Made by a program: the position numbers and the translations under genes. The notes under the pieces were generated by a model. That model searched no databases and was not told where the DNA came from. It saw only the letters and a program-made list of their open reading frames with translations. A DNA stretch of 54,441 nt from Sphingobacteriia bacterium. GTDB taxonomy: Bacteria > Bacteroidota > Bacteroidia > Bacteroidales > 4484-276. Positions within the stretch are counted from its first letter, which is position 1. Each line of letters begins with the position of its first letter. The stretch covers positions 1 to 54,441 of the forward strand of contig RZYY01000002.1 in assembly GCA_009930115.1 (NCBI GenBank). The letters run 5' to 3'. This document shows positions 27,201 through 35,315 of the stretch, one piece after another.

Positions 27201-28340
27201 ATCGGTATGTTCGTAGTCAATTTCTCCGTCATCACCATTTCCTGCGCCTTGATTACTGGCCACACTCAATGCTTTGGAGTACCATTCGCCGGCAGGATTT
27301 TTTTCATAGTTGATTATTTTATTTACCTGAATGGTAACCTGTGCAGGTGAACTTGCCGAAAAACGACCTATTGCAATATCAGGAAAATTGTCAGTGCCTA
27401 CAACACAACCCAGCATAGGGTCCATTGGAGCATTTGCTCCTCCGCCTGAATCAGATTTAATATCAGCCCAGTCGCCAACAAGCTGAACATAAAGAAGGCT
27501 GTTGTTTTCAGCGTATTTTTGCTGAATGAGGGTTTTTACATTGGTACCTGCGTTGACAACTTCCTTTGAAACATTAAAGCCTTTTTCAAGTTTCCAGTCT
27601 ATGTAAGGCTGGATGGCTTCTTCATCTCTTGCAGTAGTTATTACAAGAATGTCACCTGCTTCACCCATAGTAAGATCGTCAGCATTGGAAGTGTAGTTAA
27701 TGAAAACTGACTGATACAATGCTTCCATTTCTTTGAAATACTTGCTGGATGGATTTGTCAGCGGATTTACCGGAGCTGAGTCATCTTCAACAAGCTGAAC
27801 GGTAATGCTGGTATATACGCGGAGAACCTGTTTTGCTGCATTGTACTGAAAAGGATAAACATATACTGATGTTCCTCTTACATCTTTTATGATGTATGGC
27901 TCGGTGATGGTGGCCAGGTTTTCCGGATAGAAAGCGTCAATAATCGATTCCGGAGCAATTACATAAGGGATAAGGCTCGGGTCTTGATCACGGTAAATTG
28001 TTCCTCGTGAGGGAACCAAAGGATCAGTGAGCTGATATTCTTCATATTCTTCACCTGTTATTTCCATCTGAACATTGCTGAACTGATCGAGTTGAACAGC
28101 AGCATTGATAAAAGGAAGCTCGGCAAAACCGGCATCCATTGTGGTTACTTTTACAGGAAAATCAATTTTTGTATAGGTACTGCCATTGAGCGTAACAGGC
28201 CTGAGACTGAAAGAACCCAGTGTAAATTCAACCTGAGATGTGGTAGCAGTTACCTGAGTATAATCAACCTGGTAACCATCTTTTGCCATCAGGCCAAAAG
28301 TCCCGATGACAAGCAGAAGACTTAGAAAAAGTTTTCTCAT
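24300..28340 (-). CDS. Gingipain-like C25 cysteine peptidase, multidomain T9SS cargo
   Basis: A signal peptide and N-terminal propeptide-like region are present. The catalytic blocks NYCGHGSSTSWG and LPFIFSVACVNGAF..STINQPWQPPMRGQD..WTTFGDPSM closely parallel the gingipain R catalytic domain as I recall it. Downstream are two CARDB-like modules, an unassigned alpha/beta module, a PKD domain and the T9SS CTD (IYPNPSTGEF..GVYYLTLK). Confidence 0.9.
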   Translation of the reverse strand: MRKLFLSLLLVIGTFGLMAKDGYQVDYTQVTATTSQVEFTLGSFSLRPVTLNGSTYTKIDFPVKVTTMDAGFAELPFINAAVQLDQFSNVQMEITGEEYEEYQLTDPLVPSRGTIYRDQDPSLIPYVIAPESIIDAFYPENLATITEPYIIKDVRGTSVYVYPFQYNAAKQVLRVYTSITVQLVEDDSAPVNPLTNPSSKYFKEMEALYQSVFINYTSNADDLTMGEAGDILVITTARDEEAIQPYIDWKLEKGFNVSKEVVNAGTNVKTLIQQKYAENNSLLYVQLVGDWADIKSDSGGGANAPMDPMLGCVVGTDNFPDIAIGRFSASSPAQVTIQVNKIINYEKNPAGEWYSKALSVASNQGAGNGDDGEIDYEHTDIIYNYKLDPFTYDGHSTAYEPSATILQVKNAIETGVSIINYCGHGSSTSWGTTGFSNSNINQLTNGDMLPFIFSVACVNGAFHNSSDCFAEAWLKKENGGAVLTLMSTINQPWQPPMRGQDYFNDLLTGGYDYTANPGNGINTTEGRTIIGSIVVNGLVLMLTESSGSDDLNTVQTWTTFGDPSMQIRTLTPAPLTISSNIMLVGTPFETTVTANGQPVADAMVALSQDGVYASAYTDEFGAVSIPNDFIPGDVLLVVTALNTETIYETIQCIPPSGPYVIFDAVEINDVSGNNNGQLDYGETVNLNLSIKNVGVAIATNVQVSITTGSEFITIVNGSASFGDIPAGGSVLLENAFTIQAAENIPDGQGISFDLTAVGEETWESSFNLIAHAAILEYTEYYVTDPNGNNNGKVDPGETVNLFIKIQNTGSSDATNIVGNLASSDPYITIDLGQTNYGNLMPGEESEMSFMVTASETTPAGHMVIFDFDMTADLGLTGEAEFSIIVGQIPVLIIDLDGNSNSAPDMGTALDEIGITYELQSSFPENPDLYSTIFVCLGVYSDNTELSAAQGNQLAEYLNNGGNLYMEGGDTWYFDDPTAVHAMFGINGSADGSGDLGTITGLSGTFTEGMTFNYNGDNNWIDHLDATGSGVLILQNTSPQYGTAVANDADTYKTIGASHEFGGLDGDQTALMEAYLNFFDMMPATLVPSFMADITQGCEGMEVAFTDQSTGATSWLWTFPGGTPETSTEQNPLVVYNVAGVYDVTLEISDGTNSTSLTNPALINVMSVPEQPGPIQGDNLVAMGDMNEYQVEALDNCTLYDWLLTPEEAGYLEVNMNYVMITWSSSWNGSAYLKVCGGNECGMGPYSEDFEIIVSDPAGILTLNENSLNIYPNPSTGEFTLELNADENSGYSMTIVNLLGVDVFSKIIEASSIFRETINISSLPEGVYYLTLKNEQQSVVRKLIIQK

Positions 28341-28436
28341 AGAATTAAATTTTAAGTTAACGAGTTTGAAATGAATTACTTATTGAATTATTAATACAAA
28401 TGATTTTTGTTTGATGATTAAGATAATGTTGAAAAG

Positions 28437-31400
28437 TTATTTGCTGAGGATTAATTTTCTTGTAGTTAGGTTGTTGCCTTCAATGAATTTAAAATAATAG
28501 ACACCTCCGGGCAGGGTGGTCATGTCAACAGAAATAGTATTATAGCCCGGCTGTTTGATGATTTTGGTGACCAGCTCTGAAATGTATTGCCCAAAAGTAT
28601 TGTAAATATGTACTTCAGGTTCTTCGCCCGATTCAGAAATAAAATCAATGCTTACAACTCCATCAGAAGGATTGGGATAAATCCTCAGCGAGCCCTGTGA
28701 GATCAATTCGTCAATAAATGTAGATTGATAGAAAATTACATTTGACATGTCTGATGAACAGCTTTCGGCATTGGTAACTATGGTGTAGTAATTATTTGTT
28801 TTTGGTGGTGAAAACACCTGTCCGGTAGCGCCTGAAATCAAACCATCATCATTATACCACTGATTGCCGTATTGGGTATTTGACACAAGTGTTTGACCCG
28901 ACTGAATGATAACAGGAGCAGGAGGTTTATCGCGCACAATTATCGAAAGTTGGTGATTCACTGTTTCATTGGTAAGCAGATCAATAACTTCGACATTATA
29001 AAAAGTTGTTGTTTCAGGAAATGCCAGCGGGTTTTGAATTAATGGATCGCTTAATCCTGTTTCGGGAGTCCAGTGAATTGCAAAACTACCTGACCCGCCG
29101 ATGATATCAACATACATTTGAGTTGTGTCTTCCTGGCAGATATCATTATCAAGTACCCAGCTGTTGCACATCAAAGATGCTGGAATGGTTACTTCGAAAA
29201 AGTCAAGATAAATGGCCATAAGGGATTGTCGCGCTGATTCATCATTGATGCCGCCAAACTCAAAGGAAGCTCCGATGGTTTTGTAACCGTTTCCGATTTT
29301 TGAAACCGCACAGTAATATGCGGGCGATAAGTTTTTGAGTAATGGTTGAGCACCGTTGACGGCTTCAAGCTGATCAATCCAGTTGTTATCTCCTGTATAT
29401 TTCATTTGAAGATTTTCTGCGGGTGTACCTGCAACACCTGCAATAGTGTCAAGGTCACCGGCACCATCGGATATGCCATTGATTCCAAAAAGAGCATGAA
29501 CCGGAGTTTCAGGATCATAGTACCACGTATCGCCGCCTTCGATATAAAGACGTCCGCCATTTAAAAGATAATCAGCTAAAATCTGACCTTCGGATGGCGA
29601 CAATACATAATTTGTATTGTAAGTGCCGAGTGATAGGAAAATTGAGGAATATAGGGCAAGTTCTGCTGGAATACTGCTTGTTGATTCGCTGACAATGCCC
29701 ATCTTTGTTATGGCCTGTTGAATTGAATCTGCTGAATTGTGGTTTCCGTCCAGGTCAATAATCAATACAGGTATTGGTCCAATGGTAAGATTAAACTGAC
29801 CAAATCCCGAAATACCATGATCGGCAGAAAGATTGAAGTCAAAAAAAGCTGGATGCCCCGATGGTGTTTGCTCATCAGCAACCAGAACAAAGGACGCGCT
29901 AATAACTTCGTCGGGTTCAGCATCACCAAAAAACTGGGGGTCTGATGCAAGAATGATATAACTGTCGCTGGTGGTCAGATCACCTGTCACTCCAAATGCA
30001 CGGGATGATCCTGAATTGGTAACGTAAATGGTGATTTGCACGGCTTCTCCCGGATCAAAATTTCCATTGTTATTGCCCTGCTCATCGTTAATAAGATAAC
30101 CTGAATATTCAAGTTGCGGTGCATGAGCTTTTAAGGTAAATGAGCTTGTCCATATTTCTTCTCCGTCAGTTGCTTCGAGGATAAAGGATACATTTTGCCC
30201 GTCAGGAATTTCAGGTTGTGTTTTAAATTCAAAGACGCCCGTAAGTGATACCAGCTCATTGGCCTGTATAGATTCAAGTGTGGAAGTGTTATTGGTGATT
30301 TCTATAAATTCGGAGGAAGAATGAAGGGTTAGGACAATATCTGATCCCGGTTGCTGTCCGTAGTTTTGCAAAATCAGATTGAGAGCGCAGGTTTCAGCAT
30401 AATCCATTTTATTGTTGCCATTGCCGTTTACCTGGTCATTAATCACGGCTTCTTTCGTCAGAACATAGGCACTATTGGGTGAAGCAACAAGAAGAGTTCC
30501 AAAAAATGGTTTTAACTGCTGGCCGGTGATGACAATTTCTGCTTCTCCGGGTTCAGTGATTGGTTCGAAAAATACTATTTCAGCTACCCCGTTTTCATCA
30601 GCGAAAGCAGCGCCGTGCAACTGACCGTTTTTGGTAAGGGCTGCATAGGCATAAGGATTTGTTGTAACGGTAACTGATTCAGACAACGGAGGAATAAGAG
30701 CAGGATAATCAGCCATGCCATCCGGCGCCTGCGAAAAATAAACCATCAGTGAAGGATCACCCATCAGGTGATAAATTTCCCAGTAATAGCCGGTCAAAGA
30801 CGATCCTGACTGAGTTACAGCAAGATTTCCTGCTGTCACTAATTGTCCCTGTGTGATGTGCCAGTCGTTGATAGTAATCTCAGGTTGTGAATGAAACAAT
30901 CTGTCAATTGCACCAAGCGAAAGAGGCATATAAGGAGGATTTGCAGTTACTTCTTTAAACCCCACACTCCACCAGAAATCTTCATCCCAGTAGGTACTGT
31001 TGGAACCACCAATGTATCCAATTGCACCTTTGCCTTCAGCACGCATGATTTCTTCACCAAAGGAATTAATCTGAAATTCCAGTGATGAGCAGCAGTTTCC
31101 AACCATCAACGGGTATTTGCTTTGGTTTTCCAGTGACGAAATATGCATGTTCGTAAAAGAGGGATTAGCCCATCCGGCAGCACTACAATGAGCAGAATAA
31201 TTGGCAAAAGCTACTCCATCGGAAACATTTTGTCTGATTTCCTGTGAATAATTTCCACCTGGTGGCTCGGGTTGAAGATAAGAATGCGAAAAGAGTCCGT
31301 TGGACTCGTTGAAATAGTATTCGTTGCAATAATTTACCTGTCCATTGCCCCAGGTCATCTGATGATAACTATCCTGCCCGGCTACCATAACCACTTCATC

Positions 31401-32561
31401 CAGAAATGACGGATCAGGGAAAAGATATTGCTCATATTCGAGGGTTTTATCAATCTGGGTTTGTAGCTGGGCTATATCATTTGCTGAAAACCTTCCATAA
31501 TAAGCTTCAGGGAAAATATCACCGGTGTATTCGCAGTAATACAAATCAGTAGCATGATTACCTGCTGTTCCGCTGAATGCAGGAATTTGGGCAACATCCC
31601 CTGCAAAGAGTACAAAACTTTGTGGCTGATATCCATCCGGTGGATTGTCGTAAAATGTCTGTAGAAAATTCTTGATACTGGAAGAGGTTGTGCCTACTTC
31701 AGGATCATTCGTATAGGCTTCAATCACACGGAAACCTTTTCGGTTTTTCCACTGAATGAATGGTTGAAGGGCTTCTGTAAAAGAAGAATCAGCAACAATT
31801 ATGTAGGTAATGGGCTGATAGGGAAAAATATTATCACTGGTCTCAACTTTCTTGTAATTGAAGATCATCTGATTGATTCCCGAAAAAAAGGGATTCATCT
31901 TCTCCTGCTTGTCTTGAAGTGTTTGGTTAATATTTCCGTTATGGTATTTTATTTCTACTGTGATGTTGTCATATACCCGAATCGTATTTGCCATGGGATT
32001 GTATTGCAAAGGGGCAATTTCGAGACGTGCAAGGTGAATTCCCCGCATCACCCCGGATTCATGAATTGAAACCAATTCCTGTCCTACAAAATCATTGAGA
32101 TTGTAAATGGAATCATTTAGAACAAAAATTGCTGTTTCCGGATTATCACTTTTGCTCAATGAGGCTTGTGCAGGAATTATCCGGTCATAAAGGCTGAACT
32201 CCTTCAGCGATATATCTTTGAATCGTTTTTGCGTAACAACAATCTCAATACTGGCATCCTGGGGAACTTCAATGATTTTCTTTAAAACCGGTAATCCCGG
32301 GTATCCGATGGTGTTGGAATACCCATATCCGTCAATTTCCAGCTGTGTAAAATCATTTTTATCGCCTTTGATCTTCGAAGCTTTGATTGCGGAAACAGTG
32401 TTGGAGAGGGTGAGTAAAGAGTAATCGTTTGCCACAATAGTGGTTGAATTTTCACCTGTAGTTACATGAATAGTTTGAGCAAATATAATTTGTCCGGCCA
32501 GGAGTATCGAAACCAAAGCCAAGCAGGTAAACAGTTTTGATAATGGTCTATTTACATTCAT
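28437..32561 (-). CDS. C25-family cysteine peptidase (divergent subfamily), multidomain T9SS cargo
   Basis: An N-terminal propeptide-like domain is present. The His block is ANYSAHCSAAGWA and the Cys block is PLMVGNCCSSLEF. It has the same CARDB-like pair and alpha/beta module as 24300-28340. The T9SS CTD reads LRIYPNPSDGVVSIDF..GVYYFKF. Confidence 0.8.
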   Translation of the reverse strand: MNVNRPLSKLFTCLALVSILLAGQIIFAQTIHVTTGENSTTIVANDYSLLTLSNTVSAIKASKIKGDKNDFTQLEIDGYGYSNTIGYPGLPVLKKIIEVPQDASIEIVVTQKRFKDISLKEFSLYDRIIPAQASLSKSDNPETAIFVLNDSIYNLNDFVGQELVSIHESGVMRGIHLARLEIAPLQYNPMANTIRVYDNITVEIKYHNGNINQTLQDKQEKMNPFFSGINQMIFNYKKVETSDNIFPYQPITYIIVADSSFTEALQPFIQWKNRKGFRVIEAYTNDPEVGTTSSSIKNFLQTFYDNPPDGYQPQSFVLFAGDVAQIPAFSGTAGNHATDLYYCEYTGDIFPEAYYGRFSANDIAQLQTQIDKTLEYEQYLFPDPSFLDEVVMVAGQDSYHQMTWGNGQVNYCNEYYFNESNGLFSHSYLQPEPPGGNYSQEIRQNVSDGVAFANYSAHCSAAGWANPSFTNMHISSLENQSKYPLMVGNCCSSLEFQINSFGEEIMRAEGKGAIGYIGGSNSTYWDEDFWWSVGFKEVTANPPYMPLSLGAIDRLFHSQPEITINDWHITQGQLVTAGNLAVTQSGSSLTGYYWEIYHLMGDPSLMVYFSQAPDGMADYPALIPPLSESVTVTTNPYAYAALTKNGQLHGAAFADENGVAEIVFFEPITEPGEAEIVITGQQLKPFFGTLLVASPNSAYVLTKEAVINDQVNGNGNNKMDYAETCALNLILQNYGQQPGSDIVLTLHSSSEFIEITNNTSTLESIQANELVSLTGVFEFKTQPEIPDGQNVSFILEATDGEEIWTSSFTLKAHAPQLEYSGYLINDEQGNNNGNFDPGEAVQITIYVTNSGSSRAFGVTGDLTTSDSYIILASDPQFFGDAEPDEVISASFVLVADEQTPSGHPAFFDFNLSADHGISGFGQFNLTIGPIPVLIIDLDGNHNSADSIQQAITKMGIVSESTSSIPAELALYSSIFLSLGTYNTNYVLSPSEGQILADYLLNGGRLYIEGGDTWYYDPETPVHALFGINGISDGAGDLDTIAGVAGTPAENLQMKYTGDNNWIDQLEAVNGAQPLLKNLSPAYYCAVSKIGNGYKTIGASFEFGGINDESARQSLMAIYLDFFEVTIPASLMCNSWVLDNDICQEDTTQMYVDIIGGSGSFAIHWTPETGLSDPLIQNPLAFPETTTFYNVEVIDLLTNETVNHQLSIIVRDKPPAPVIIQSGQTLVSNTQYGNQWYNDDGLISGATGQVFSPPKTNNYYTIVTNAESCSSDMSNVIFYQSTFIDELISQGSLRIYPNPSDGVVSIDFISESGEEPEVHIYNTFGQYISELVTKIIKQPGYNTISVDMTTLPGGVYYFKFIEGNNLTTRKLILSK

Positions 32562-32613
32562 CCTGCTGGTATTAACTGAGTAGTTGTAAAATGATTTTGA
32601 AATATTTAGTTTG

Positions 32614-32650
32614 CAAATTTACACTAAAAAATCAAAGATTCAATCTTTGA
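32614..32650 (-). promoter_or_regulatory. Putative -7 box (TAAATTTG) with an adjacent perfect 9-bp-arm palindrome upstream of the C25 gene pair
   Basis: The minus strand has TAAATTTG at 32614-32621, 52 nt before the ATG at 32561. TCAAAGATT-C-AATCTTTGA lies at 32632-32650. Confidence 0.3.
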
Positions 32651-32763
32651 CAGGGTATTTTCTCTTCTTTTTTTATATCTGTTCTAAATAAGAAAATAGG
32701 ATTCGTAATAATGACCGGATTTTGACCGGCAGGTTGCCTCAGTTATTAATAAAAGTCGAAGGT

Positions 32764-33996
32764 TTAATATTGGTACAGGAGATATTTTTTCGAAATTTGA
32801 TGCACTGGATACCAGGCTACTATCCATCCGATGACAATCACAGTAAAAAAAACAATCAGAAAGTCGAAAATCTGAAGTTCGACAGGATAGGCTGTAATTA
32901 CAAAAGCACCTGATTCGCCTCCAAGTCTGATGATCTCAAATTTTTGCTGAATCCAGCTGACAAGTCCGCCAAATACTAATCCCAGAATAGCTCCGCCAAT
33001 AGAAATTAACATTCCTTCAAAAAGAAATATTTTTTTTATGAGCCGATTGTTTGCACCCATGCTGTGGAGTATGGCAATATCCTGCTTTTTATCAAGAATG
33101 AGCATGGTGAGAGAACTGATCACATTGAATGCGGCAATGATGAGAATAAAAGTCAAAATGAAAAAGATGGCCCATTTTTCTGATTTCATCACTTTATACA
33201 AAAGTGCCTGTTGTTCGAAACGGTTTTTTACCTCAAAATTGGTTCCTACAATGGATTTTATTTTAGTTTTAATATCCTCAACATGGTATCCTTCGGAAAT
33301 TTTTAACTCAAGTGCTGTAACTTCGTTTTTATAATTCATGAGTTCTCTCACAAAATCCAGCGGAACGATGGCATATTTGCTGTCAAAATCCTGTTGAATG
33401 GAAAATACAGCCGAAGGGAATAGATTTTTACTGTTGAATGCCCGCTCCAGTGACATTGTCACGGCACCTTCACGTCGGGGCAGATAGATAGTTATGGGAT
33501 ACAACTGATCCTGCAGGCTGGCATTCAGGTAGTATGCAATACCGGCGCCCATAATCATCCGGGGCTGATTGTATTCGTAAAGGTTAAAACTGCCTTCAAC
33601 AAGCATGGTATCCAGACCGCTGGTTTTTTCATAATCCTGACTGACTCCTTTGATGGTGGCCAGATACTGATTACTGCGGTATTTGAGCAGTGCATTTTCT
33701 TCCACCACTTCGGTAACGGCATAAACACCCGGCAGTTTTTTTATATCTGAAAGAGGGAAAGTGGTCAGATCAAAGGTTTTGCCTTTTTTTACGGTAATAA
33801 TTAAATCAGGATTGAAAGAATTAAAGAGGGAAACAATAAGTGATTCAAAACCATTAAAAACCGACAAAACGATAATAAGTGCCATGGTTCCGACAGTTAC
33901 TCCGGCAACCGATATTCCGGAGATCACATTGATGATGTTATGCGATTTTTTCGCAAATAAATACCGGCGGGCAATATAGAACGGGAAAGTTTTTAT
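32764..33996 (-). CDS. FtsX-family ABC permease (LolC/LolE-like). The conserved N-terminus lacks a canonical start codon.
   Basis: It has four TM segments and a large periplasmic loop. The frame is open to 33999 and encodes (I)KTFPFYIARRYLFAKKSHNIINVISGISV, the conserved family N-terminus. The only candidate at the expected Met position is ATA (33994-33996). The track starts at the internal GTG 33927. Confidence 0.75.
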   Translation of the reverse strand: MKTFPFYIARRYLFAKKSHNIINVISGISVAGVTVGTMALIIVLSVFNGFESLIVSLFNSFNPDLIITVKKGKTFDLTTFPLSDIKKLPGVYAVTEVVEENALLKYRSNQYLATIKGVSQDYEKTSGLDTMLVEGSFNLYEYNQPRMIMGAGIAYYLNASLQDQLYPITIYLPRREGAVTMSLERAFNSKNLFPSAVFSIQQDFDSKYAIVPLDFVRELMNYKNEVTALELKISEGYHVEDIKTKIKSIVGTNFEVKNRFEQQALLYKVMKSEKWAIFFILTFILIIAAFNVISSLTMLILDKKQDIAILHSMGANNRLIKKIFLFEGMLISIGGAILGLVFGGLVSWIQQKFEIIRLGGESGAFVITAYPVELQIFDFLIVFFTVIVIGWIVAWYPVHQISKKYLLYQY

Positions 33997-34038
33997 CTTT
34001 TACTGTTTTAAAAGTGTTGCAGTTACTTATCCGGTTGA

Positions 34039-34854
34039 TTATTTCCATGCCTTTACAATGAGTCCTGTGCCAGTGCTATGATTGAGACTGACGTCCAGAA
34101 AATTCATAATCAGAACAAACCAAAAGGTCAGAAGATAATAAAAAGGCAGCAACAGAAAAAAAGCTTTTGAATAATTGACAAGTAAAATGGGAAGCTTCAT
34201 CGAAAGTTTCCACGAAATTTTTCCCGGCCATCCGTAGCTGTAATGTGCACTGGTATTTGAAAAACCGGCTTTTCTGAGTTTTTGCTGAATTTCTTTGATG
34301 TTGTAACCATCGCGCACATGTTCGCCGATAAATGATTTAACCTGTCCGGGTTCATGTTCGTGAACGTCAGAACCTCCCTGATCTGATGGGGTTGAGATCA
34401 GAAGCATGGCTCCGGAGTTCATCGAATGATGTAAATTTTCGAATACTGTAACATCTTCTTCAATGTGTTCCATAACATCAACAGCGAGCACCAGATCGAA
34501 TAATTGTGAACCTGTAAACCGGGTCAGGTCAGCCGGTTGGAAGTTTACATTTGAGAAATTGGCTTTTTTGAAAAACCGGCGGCAGTCTTCGATCTGGTCT
34601 TCTTTAACATCTACACCAAGAATCTGCCATTTTTTATTTTTTCGGGCAAGATAGTAGATGTATTGTCCAAAACCCGAACCGGCATCTAAAATATTTTTTT
34701 TGTCGTTGTTGGATTTTCCCCATTGTCTTATGGCTTTATGAACGTGCCAAGTTCGCAGCAACAAAATATCGAGTAATCTGTAAAATAATTTCCGGCGGAA
34801 TACGGACTTGTTGAATATATTGCCCAGATCTTTTTTAATCGGATCGTACTGCAT
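34039..34854 (-). CDS. Class I SAM-dependent methyltransferase with a C-terminal membrane anchor
   Basis: Motif I is ILDAGSGFGQYIYYLA, followed by the post-I acidic LGVDV and then VLAVDVMEHI. The last ~60 aa are hydrophobic. Confidence 0.7.
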   Translation of the reverse strand: MQYDPIKKDLGNIFNKSVFRRKLFYRLLDILLLRTWHVHKAIRQWGKSNNDKKNILDAGSGFGQYIYYLARKNKKWQILGVDVKEDQIEDCRRFFKKANFSNVNFQPADLTRFTGSQLFDLVLAVDVMEHIEEDVTVFENLHHSMNSGAMLLISTPSDQGGSDVHEHEPGQVKSFIGEHVRDGYNIKEIQQKLRKAGFSNTSAHYSYGWPGKISWKLSMKLPILLVNYSKAFFLLLPFYYLLTFWFVLIMNFLDVSLNHSTGTGLIVKAWK

Positions 34855-34866
34855 GTATAGTCTGGA

Positions 34867-35205
34867 TTAATTTTGAAGTAGTTGCTCTATGTTTTCTATG
34901 TAGTCCAGTGAGTCATCTTCGTAAAATTCGAGGTTTGGTATGTGGCGCAACTGGTCTTTTACTCTTCGCCCAAGATTAAAACGCATTTCGCCTGAGTTGC
35001 GGATAATTTCCTGCATCAATGTGCTTTTGTCGCTAGTGGCAAATAAACTCAGGTAAATTCTCGCAATTGCGAGGTCTTTGGTTACATGGACTTTGGTAAC
35101 TGTTATCATCGCAGCGGAAAATTTCTCTTTGGCTTCGCGCTGAAACATTATCCCCAGCTCTCGCTGTAGCAATTTTGCAATGCGTAGTTGTCTTTTCGAT
35201 TCCAT
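34867..35205 (-). CDS. rbfA: Ribosome-binding factor A
   Basis: The sequence MESKRQLRIAKLLQRELGIMF..ITVTKVHVTKDLAIARIYLS matches the RbfA pattern. The ATG at 35205 is preferred over the track start at 35232. Confidence 0.88.
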   Translation of the reverse strand: MESKRQLRIAKLLQRELGIMFQREAKEKFSAAMITVTKVHVTKDLAIARIYLSLFATSDKSTLMQEIIRNSGEMRFNLGRRVKDQLRHIPNLEFYEDDSLDYIENIEQLLQN

Positions 35206-35315
35206 GCTGCAAAAATAATCATTTTCAGGCAATAATACTTTTGAAATTCCCTTATCGAAAGCCGGATGATGAATAATTGATTATTCGTAAACTTGCAGAT
35301 TGAAATTTTTATACA

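Noticed and set aside
28437-32561. The divergent C25 protein, considered as the T9SS sortase PorU
   Set aside because: No porV-like gene is adjacent. The protein carries an ordinary cargo-type architecture shared with its neighbour. I cannot distinguish PorU from other C25 members by eye, so I leave it as a generic C25 peptidase.
32573-32746. 8-bp inverted repeat (TAACTGAG / CTCAGTTA) flanking the whole promoter region of the C25 genes, considered as a possible invertible promoter
   Set aside because: The arms are only 8 bp. My rough estimate is that such a pair has an appreciable chance of occurring in 200 bp of AT-rich DNA. No recombinase gene is nearby.
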